From Acidobacteriota bacterium (GTDB lineage Bacteria; Acidobacteriota; Thermoanaerobaculia; Multivoradales; UBA5704), in NCBI GenBank assembly GCA_040005235.1, contig JBDTZG010000023.1, positions 18,648 to 82,647 on the forward strand: DNA of 64,000 nt. Direction: 5' to 3'. The position numbers were made by a program, and so were the translations under genes. Numbering within the stretch: the stretch's first letter is position 1; each line of letters starts with the position of its first letter. Shown here one piece after another: positions 58,416-64,000 of this stretch. The notes under the pieces were generated by a model. It was not told the origin of the DNA. It did no database searches and was given only the letters and a program-made list of their open reading frames with translations.

Positions 58416-59210
58416 TTGACCGGCCCCGCTGAGACTCCGAGGCTCCCCGCGACGACCGGAGCCGTCGGAGCCATCGGAGCCACCGGAGCCACCGGAGCCA
58501 CCGGAGCCATCGGTGCCGTCGAAGCCACCGAGCTGTCCGCCGCGATCACCGCGGTCGAAGAACGCATCGCGGCGGCCTGTCAACGCGCCGGCCGCGAGCG
58601 CTCCTCGGTCACGCTGGTCGCGGTGACCAAAACCCATCCGCCCGAGACCCTGCGGGCGGCATGGGATCTGGGCCTCCGCCTATTCGGCGAAAACCGGGTC
58701 CAAGAGGCGGCGACCAAAATCCCCGTCCTGCCCGCCGAGATCGAGTGGCACCTGATCGGCCCCCTTCAGTCCAACAAAGTCCGGCAGGCGCTCGATCTCT
58801 TCCGCACCATCCACTCGATCGACCGGGAAAAGATCGCCTTGGCCGTGGACGCCGAAGCCGCCCGTCGCGGCATCGTCCTCGACGCCTTCCTCGAAGTGAA
58901 CTCCGGCAACGAAGTCACCAAGCACGGCTTCCCCCCTGAAACCTTCCTGGCCGAAGCCCCACAATTTCTCCGCCTCAAAAACCTCCGCATCCGCGGCCTG
59001 ATGGCCATCCCCCCCTTCGGCCGAGCCGCCGAGGAATCCCGCCCCCACTTCCGCCGCCTCCGCGAGTTCCGCGATCAGCTCGCCCAACACCCCGACGCCA
59101 CGAACTTTTCCGGCTGGCTCTCAATGGGCATGACCGACGACTTCGAGGTCGCGATCGAGGAGGGGGCAACGCACGTGAGGATTGGCACGGCGATTTTTGG
59201 CCGGCGGTGA
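58416..59210 (+). CDS. yggS: PLP homeostasis protein YggS
   Basis: LVAVTKT, FGENRVQE, WHLIGPLQSNK, LSMGMTDD, VRIGTAIFG; start uncertain. Confidence 0.93.
   Translation: MTGPAETPRLPATTGAVGAIGATGATGATGAIGAVEATELSAAITAVEERIAAACQRAGRERSSVTLVAVTKTHPPETLRAAWDLGLRLFGENRVQEAATKIPVLPAEIEWHLIGPLQSNKVRQALDLFRTIHSIDREKIALAVDAEAARRGIVLDAFLEVNSGNEVTKHGFPPETFLAEAPQFLRLKNLRIRGLMAIPPFGRAAEESRPHFRRLREFRDQLAQHPDATNFSGWLSMGMTDDFEVAIEEGATHVRIGTAIFGRR
58458..58529 (+). repeat. 9-bp tandem repeat (GGAGCCRYC-type x8)
   Basis: Encodes GAVGAIGATGATGATGAIGAVEAT at the N-terminus of YggS. Confidence 0.9.
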
Positions 59211-59274
59211 GAGCGAAAAAAGTCAATTCCCATGCTAAGATCCGCCGCCCTTAAGTTTTCGAGCGGAGGACGCC

Positions 59275-59787
59275 ATGGCCATTTCCCCTCTCACCCCGCT
59301 GGATGTGCAGCGGATGAAGTTTGCGACCAAGATGCGGGGGTACGACCCTCGGGAGGTCGAGGACTTCCTGGCTTTGGTGGCCGAGGAGCTGGCGCAGCGG
59401 GTCGGCCAGGTCGAGAAGCTGGAGCGGGAGAATAAGTATTACCGCCAGCGGATCGAAGAGGCTGGGGAGCGCGAGCATCAGCTGCAGCAGACGCTGCTGC
59501 GGGCGCAGAAGGTGGCCGACGAGATCACCGCGAACGCCCGGCGCGAGGCGGAGCTGATGGTACGCGAGGCCGAGGGTGTTGCCGATCGCGTAGTCCATCA
59601 GGCGGTCGAGCAGACGACCCGAATCGAGGCGCGCATTCAAGAGCTGCGCACGATGAGGAAGGAGCTGCAGCACAAGTTCCGCAACACGATCGATCTGTTC
59701 CAGCGCATCCTCGAAGCCGAGATGGAAGAGGAGCGCGTCCCCGGCGGCACGGTCATCCAATTGCCGCGCAAGAAGCGCGAGGCGTAG
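59275..59787 (+). CDS. divIVA: DivIVA domain protein
   Basis: LTPLDV....F...MRGYD..EVEDFL plus coiled coil; follows yggS. Confidence 0.88.
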   Translation: MAISPLTPLDVQRMKFATKMRGYDPREVEDFLALVAEELAQRVGQVEKLERENKYYRQRIEEAGEREHQLQQTLLRAQKVADEITANARREAELMVREAEGVADRVVHQAVEQTTRIEARIQELRTMRKELQHKFRNTIDLFQRILEAEMEEERVPGGTVIQLPRKKREA

Positions 59788-59792
59788 GCGCG

Positions 59793-60122
59793 ATGTCCGG
59801 GCCGAGCCCGGCAGGCGTGCTCCCCGAAATTCCGACCACGCTTAGCGAGCGGCTGTTTCCCGACGTGGCGCGCGAAGATTTGAATCTCGACTCGTTCCCG
59901 GCCGGCTCCCGCTCTCTCGTGATCGCCCGGCTGCTCGAAGACGGCGACCGCAATGATCTCGCCTGGCTATTCGGCGTTCTGCCGGAAAGCGAAATCGCGG
60001 CTTGGCTCGGTGCCCTCGGCGGGCGCAAGCTTTCGCGCCGGAGCGCCGCTTATTGGCAGACCGTTTTGGGAGTCGCCGCGGGCAAGCCGGCCGCGGGGCG
60101 CGCGGATCTTTGGCCGCTGTGA
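59793..60122 (+). CDS. Small DUF6922-like protein (putative antitoxin partner)
   Basis: LFPDV....L...VIARLLEDGD..DL.WL...LSRRS..YW. Confidence 0.6.
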   Translation: MSGPSPAGVLPEIPTTLSERLFPDVAREDLNLDSFPAGSRSLVIARLLEDGDRNDLAWLFGVLPESEIAAWLGALGGRKLSRRSAAYWQTVLGVAAGKPAAGRADLWPL

Positions 60123-60138
60123 AATCCTTCCCTCCGTA

Positions 60139-60879
60139 ATGACATCGATCTCTGCCACCCCGGCCGAAGCCGGTCTCCTCGCTCTCGATTTCCGGGAGTC
60201 TCTAGCACCGGCGAGCGCCGCCCTCGCCGCCCGGTTCGGCGCGGCGGAGTGGGGGCCGGACTTCTACCTTGCCGGATCAGCGGCGCTCGCGCTCTATCTC
60301 GGCCACCGGCCGGTGCGCGATCTCGACCTGATGAGCAACGCGAACCGGCTGACACCTCCGGATCGCCGCGACCTGCTGGGCGCTCTGCTCGAAATCGAGC
60401 CCGGCGCGGAGGTCGAGACCGCGCGGGACGGATATTTGTTCGTCCGCATGCCCGGGGCTTCATCCGGAGCTGCCGGAGTGGGCGTCCGGTTTTTCTACTA
60501 CCCCTATCCGCTCGCCGATGCGTTCGAGGAGATCGACGGTTTGTCAGTCGCCTCCGCGGTCGATCTGGGTCTCATGAAGCTCGGCGCGATCATCAGCCGG
60601 GGCACGCGGCGCGATTTCGTCGATCTCTATCTGCTCTGCCGCCGCCTGCCGCTCCCCGCCCTCCTTGCCCGCGCTGAGGACAAGTTCGGCCACGTGCGCG
60701 ACTTTCCGCTCCAGGCGCTCAAAGGGCTCGCCGACTTCTCCGCTGCGGTGGACGAACCGCTGCCGAAGCTGTCGGAGCCTTTGGATTGGAGCGCGGTCGA
60801 GAGCTGGTTCGGCGAGCAGGTGCGCACCCTCGGCAGGGAGCATGCCGGCCTGGGAGAGCCAAAAGGAGAGGCGAAATGA
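60139..60879 (+). CDS. AbiEii/AbiGii-family nucleotidyltransferase
   Basis: FYLAGSAALALYLGHR..RDLDL; MKLGAIISRG.RRDFVDLY. Confidence 0.8.
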   Translation: MTSISATPAEAGLLALDFRESLAPASAALAARFGAAEWGPDFYLAGSAALALYLGHRPVRDLDLMSNANRLTPPDRRDLLGALLEIEPGAEVETARDGYLFVRMPGASSGAAGVGVRFFYYPYPLADAFEEIDGLSVASAVDLGLMKLGAIISRGTRRDFVDLYLLCRRLPLPALLARAEDKFGHVRDFPLQALKGLADFSAAVDEPLPKLSEPLDWSAVESWFGEQVRTLGREHAGLGEPKGEAK

Positions 60880-62183
60880 CCGGCGATCTGCTGATCGCAA
60901 ACCTCGCCGAGGTGGCGACTCCCGAAGGCTCCGCTCCGCTCCGAGGCGCCGAGCAGGGGCGCGTGCTGCGCACCCGGTGTTCGGAGGGGGCCGGCAGCGA
61001 GGAAGGCGTCGAGGTGCTCTGCAGGGCCGGCCGGATCGAGTTCGTCGGCGTCCCCGAGCTGCGCCGCGAGCGGTTCGGCGAGCTGCCCGGCGTTCCTCGT
61101 CTCGACGGCAAACGCGGCACGCTGATCCCCGGCTTCGTCGATCCGCATACCCACATTCCCTGGGCCGGCACGCGCGAGACCGAGCTGTTCGAGCGATTGG
61201 CCGGCAAGACCTACCAGGCGATCGCGGCCGAAGGGGGCGGAATCCTAAGAACCGTCGCCTCGACCCGCAGGGCCTCCGAAGACGAGATTACCGGCAATGT
61301 CCTTCGCCACCTCGATTGGATGCTCGCGGGAGGCACGACGACGATCGAAGCGAAGAGCGGCTACGGGCTCAACCTTGCCGACGAGCTGAAGCAGCTGGTG
61401 GCGTTGAACCGCGCGGCGGCCGAGCACCCGGTGCGGATTCTGCCGACCCTGCTCGCCGCCCACGAGGTGCCGCCCGAGCATCGAGCCGACTTAGGCGGCC
61501 GCGCGCGCTACGTCGACCTGATCTGCGACGAGATCGTTCCGGCGGTCGCGGCCCGCGGCCTCGCCCGATTTTGCGATGTCTTTTGCGAGGCGGGGGTGTT
61601 TTCCGCCGCGGAATCGCGCCGGGTGCTCGAAGCGGGCATCCGCCATGGGCTCGCGCCGCGCCTGCACGCTGACGAGTTTGCCGATTCGGGCGGCGCGGAG
61701 CTTGCGGCCGAGCTGGGCGCGCTGTCGGCCGACCACCTGATGGCGGTCTCCGACCGCGGGATCGAGGCGCTTGCGGGGAGCGGCGTCACCGCGGTTCTGC
61801 TGCCCGGCACCAGCTTCTTCTTGAAGAAGGAGCGCTACGCTCCGGCCCGGCGGATGATCGAAGCGGGCATTCCCGTGGCGCTCGCGACCGACTGCAATCC
61901 CGGATCGTCCTTTACCGAGTCGATGCCGATGATCGTGACCCTCGCCGTGTTCCAGCTCGGCTTGTCGGTCGAGGAGAGTTTGACCGCCGCGACGCTCAAC
62001 GCCGCCTGCTGCCTGGGAGTGGGCAACGAGGTGGGCACGATCGAGGTAGGTAAGCGCGCGGACTTCGCGCTGCTCGATGCGCCAAACCTGCTCCATCTCG
62101 CCTATCACTACGGCGTGAACCCGATCGCAGCGGTCGTCCGGGAGGGGCGCTTGGTATATCGGGCCGGTGGTCGTATCGTCTGA
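60876..62183 (+). CDS. hutI: Imidazolonepropionase
   Basis: [45 protein letters not shown]. Confidence 0.95.
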   Translation: MTGDLLIANLAEVATPEGSAPLRGAEQGRVLRTRCSEGAGSEEGVEVLCRAGRIEFVGVPELRRERFGELPGVPRLDGKRGTLIPGFVDPHTHIPWAGTRETELFERLAGKTYQAIAAEGGGILRTVASTRRASEDEITGNVLRHLDWMLAGGTTTIEAKSGYGLNLADELKQLVALNRAAAEHPVRILPTLLAAHEVPPEHRADLGGRARYVDLICDEIVPAVAARGLARFCDVFCEAGVFSAAESRRVLEAGIRHGLAPRLHADEFADSGGAELAAELGALSADHLMAVSDRGIEALAGSGVTAVLLPGTSFFLKKERYAPARRMIEAGIPVALATDCNPGSSFTESMPMIVTLAVFQLGLSVEESLTAATLNAACCLGVGNEVGTIEVGKRADFALLDAPNLLHLAYHYGVNPIAAVVREGRLVYRAGGRIV

Positions 62184-62239
62184 TCCCGCGAAGCCCGCGT
62201 CGATCCCGCCCGAGAAGCTCGATTCCAGGAGAGACACCC

Positions 62240-62701
62240 ATGTTCCGAAAGAGAATTCCAATCGCCCCAGCCTTCGCCGCAGCGGCTCTGCTCGCCCTCG
62301 CCTGCGTCGGCCCCGCGCTCGCCGACGGCAAGGAGAAACCGATGACCTCAGAAGCGAAGGAAGTGACCACCGCCTCGGGCCTCAAGTACACCGACCTCAC
62401 AGTGGGCGACGGCGCGGAAGCCAAGGCCGGCGACAAGGTCCAGGTCCATTACACGGGAACGCTCGAGAACGGCAAGAAGTTCGATTCGAGCCGAGACAGG
62501 GGTATTCCGTTCGTGTTCCAGGTTGGCGTCGGCCAGGTGATCAAAGGCTGGGACGAAGGGATCGTCGGCATGAAGGTCGGCGGCAAGCGCAAGCTCGTCA
62601 TTCCCTCGACCCTCGGGTACGGCGCGGCCGGAGCGGCCGGCGTGATCCCGCCGAATGCCACGCTGATCTTCGACGTCGAGCTGATCGGCATCAAGCCGTA
62701 G
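62240..62701 (+). CDS. FKBP-type peptidyl-prolyl isomerase, exported
   Basis: [36 protein letters not shown]. Confidence 0.95.
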   Translation: MFRKRIPIAPAFAAAALLALACVGPALADGKEKPMTSEAKEVTTASGLKYTDLTVGDGAEAKAGDKVQVHYTGTLENGKKFDSSRDRGIPFVFQVGVGQVIKGWDEGIVGMKVGGKRKLVIPSTLGYGAAGAAGVIPPNATLIFDVELIGIKP

Positions 62702-62791
62702 CGCCGGCTGGCTCTGCCCTTGCAGGTACGGCGAGGTATTGGCGGGGCATGCGTGGCACTCACGCGTGCCTCGTTGACCTCGCCTGTTAGG

Positions 62792-63403
62792 ATGACTCCC
62801 ATGGGCGCCCACCCTCTCGACTCCCGTTCGCTCTACCTGTCGCTGATCGTGCTCGTCGCGATCCAGCGGCTCGCCGAGCTGGCGATCTCGAAGCGGAATC
62901 TGGCGCGGGCGCTCGCCGCGGGGGGCCGCGAAGTGGCGCCCGGCCACTATCCGGTGATGGTGGCGCTTCACACCGCGTTCCTGATCGCCTGTCCGGTCGA
63001 GGTGTATCTGCTCGACCGGCCGTTCGTTCCAGCTCTCGGCATCCTTTGCGGCATCGTTCTCGCGCTCGCCACCGCCCTGCGCTATTGGGCGATCGGCACC
63101 CTGGGTGCCCGCTGGAACACGCGGATCGTGGTCCTGCCGGGCGCACCGCCGGTCGTGGGCGGACCGTTTCGTTTCCTGCGCCACCCGAACTATCTGGCGG
63201 TGATCCTGGAGATCGCGTTCCTGCCGCTCCTGCACTGCGCTTGGGCGACCGCGCTCCTCTTCACGATCGCGAACGCCGCCCTGTTGCGCGTACGGATCGC
63301 GGCGGAGGAACACGCTCTCTCGGAGGCCTCGGGCTATGAACGCGCGTTCGCCGGCCGGCCGCGGCTGATTCCTTCCGGCGCCTCGGAGACCTCCCCTCAA
63401 TGA
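62792..63403 (+). CDS. ICMT-family membrane methyltransferase (SrsB-like)
   Basis: QRLAEL.IS.RN, HY..MV.LH, LG.RWNTR, GPFRFLRHPNY, RI..EE.AL. Confidence 0.88.
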   Translation: MTPMGAHPLDSRSLYLSLIVLVAIQRLAELAISKRNLARALAAGGREVAPGHYPVMVALHTAFLIACPVEVYLLDRPFVPALGILCGIVLALATALRYWAIGTLGARWNTRIVVLPGAPPVVGGPFRFLRHPNYLAVILEIAFLPLLHCAWATALLFTIANAALLRVRIAAEEHALSEASGYERAFAGRPRLIPSGASETSPQ

Positions 63404-63651
63404 CCACGATTTCCGCGGATGCGATCCTCTTCGGCGTGACCGACATCGCGCAGCGCCACCTGGGGTGGCAAGGCCCGCTCGCGCTCGACATGCGTCTGGT
63501 CGAAGATCTGGCGCTCGATTCGGTGCGCCTGCTGACTCTGGCCGCCGAGGTTGAAAACCGCTTTCGCGTGATGCTCGACGAGCGGGACGAGGCCGCGCTC
63601 GAAACCGTCGGCAATCTGGTCGACATCGTGCGGCGGAAGCTCGAAGTTTGA
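63400..63651 (+). CDS. Acyl carrier protein
   Basis: DLALDSVRLL phosphopantetheine site; ATGA-coupled. Confidence 0.88.
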   Translation: MTTISADAILFGVTDIAQRHLGWQGPLALDMRLVEDLALDSVRLLTLAAEVENRFRVMLDERDEAALETVGNLVDIVRRKLEV

Positions 63652-63660
63652 AAGGGCGAA

Positions 63661-64000
63661 ATGACCGAAACCGTCCTAACCCTGCTCGATGTGCTCGCGC
63701 GAGCGAAGGACCCCTCGGAAGGCGGGCTCCGTTTCGTCGCCCGCGACGAGAGCGCGACGGAGCACGGTTGGGGCGACGTGAGAAATCGCGCCCAGGTCGT
63801 GGCGGCGAGCCTTGCCGCCGCGGGCGTCGTGCCGGGAGATCGCATCGCGCTGGTCTATCCGACCGGCATCGAATTCTTCGCCGCCCTGTTCGGCACCCTG
63901 CTCGCCGGGGCGGTGCCCGTGCCGCTTTATCCTCCCGTGCGGCTTGGCCGGCTCGACGAATACTTTCGCCGCACCGCCCGCATGCTGGAGCTGGTGCGCG
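63661..64000 (+). CDS. Fatty acyl-AMP ligase (5' part; runs off window)
   Basis: Not in the ORF track. Manual translation: MTETVLTLLD...PGDRIALVYPTGIEFFAALFGTLLAGAVPVPLYPP.RLGRLDEY. Confidence 0.8.
   Translation, partial: MTETVLTLLDVLARAKDPSEGGLRFVARDESATEHGWGDVRNRAQVVAASLAAAGVVPGDRIALVYPTGIEFFAALFGTLLAGAVPVPLYPPVRLGRLDEYFRRTARMLELVR

Noticed and set aside
58458-58529. CRISPR array
   Set aside because: Contiguous 9-bp coding repeats without spacers; no cas genes.
59100-59280. Replication origin at the skew switch
   Set aside because: No DnaA boxes or AT-rich unwinding element seen; the intergenic gap is only about 64 bp and the skew is local.

Overview
High-GC bacterial chromosome segment; gene content suggests Acidobacteriota/Thermoanaerobaculia-like (inference). 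Left third (1-20 kb): a type IV pilus locus with an unusual tandem [M20 peptidase + GspG-like pilin] x2 unit, pilD, a PilS-like kinase, a convergent pilV-pilW-pilX-pilY1 operon and a PilR-like sigma54 activator translationally coupled behind selA. A divergent GT-C-type membrane protein and a DegT-type aminotransferase flank it. Four sigma54 (-24/-12) promoters are readable directly: both pilins, pilV and a DsbA-like gene. Middle: initiator tRNA-Met, a single-module formyltransferase-A-T-TE NRPS-like gene, an MFS exporter, an FbpA/AfuA-type ABC transporter, a sulfatase-like lipoprotein with a REP-like palindrome inside its 5' coding end, and a PIG-L deacetylase. Right: housekeeping and envelope genes (lon, S10 peptidase, nfo, PASTA, rpe, bamD, cpoB, LysM/TsaP-like, tmk, holB, Slt, tRNA-Ile2, zinc-ribbon, yggS, divIVA), an AbiEii-like pair, hutI, FKBP, and the start of an ICMT-ACP-FAAL lipid cluster. 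No CRISPR array, rRNA, integrase or transposase seen. Products were assigned by manual motif recognition only; no database searches were run, and start codons were adjusted by eye.
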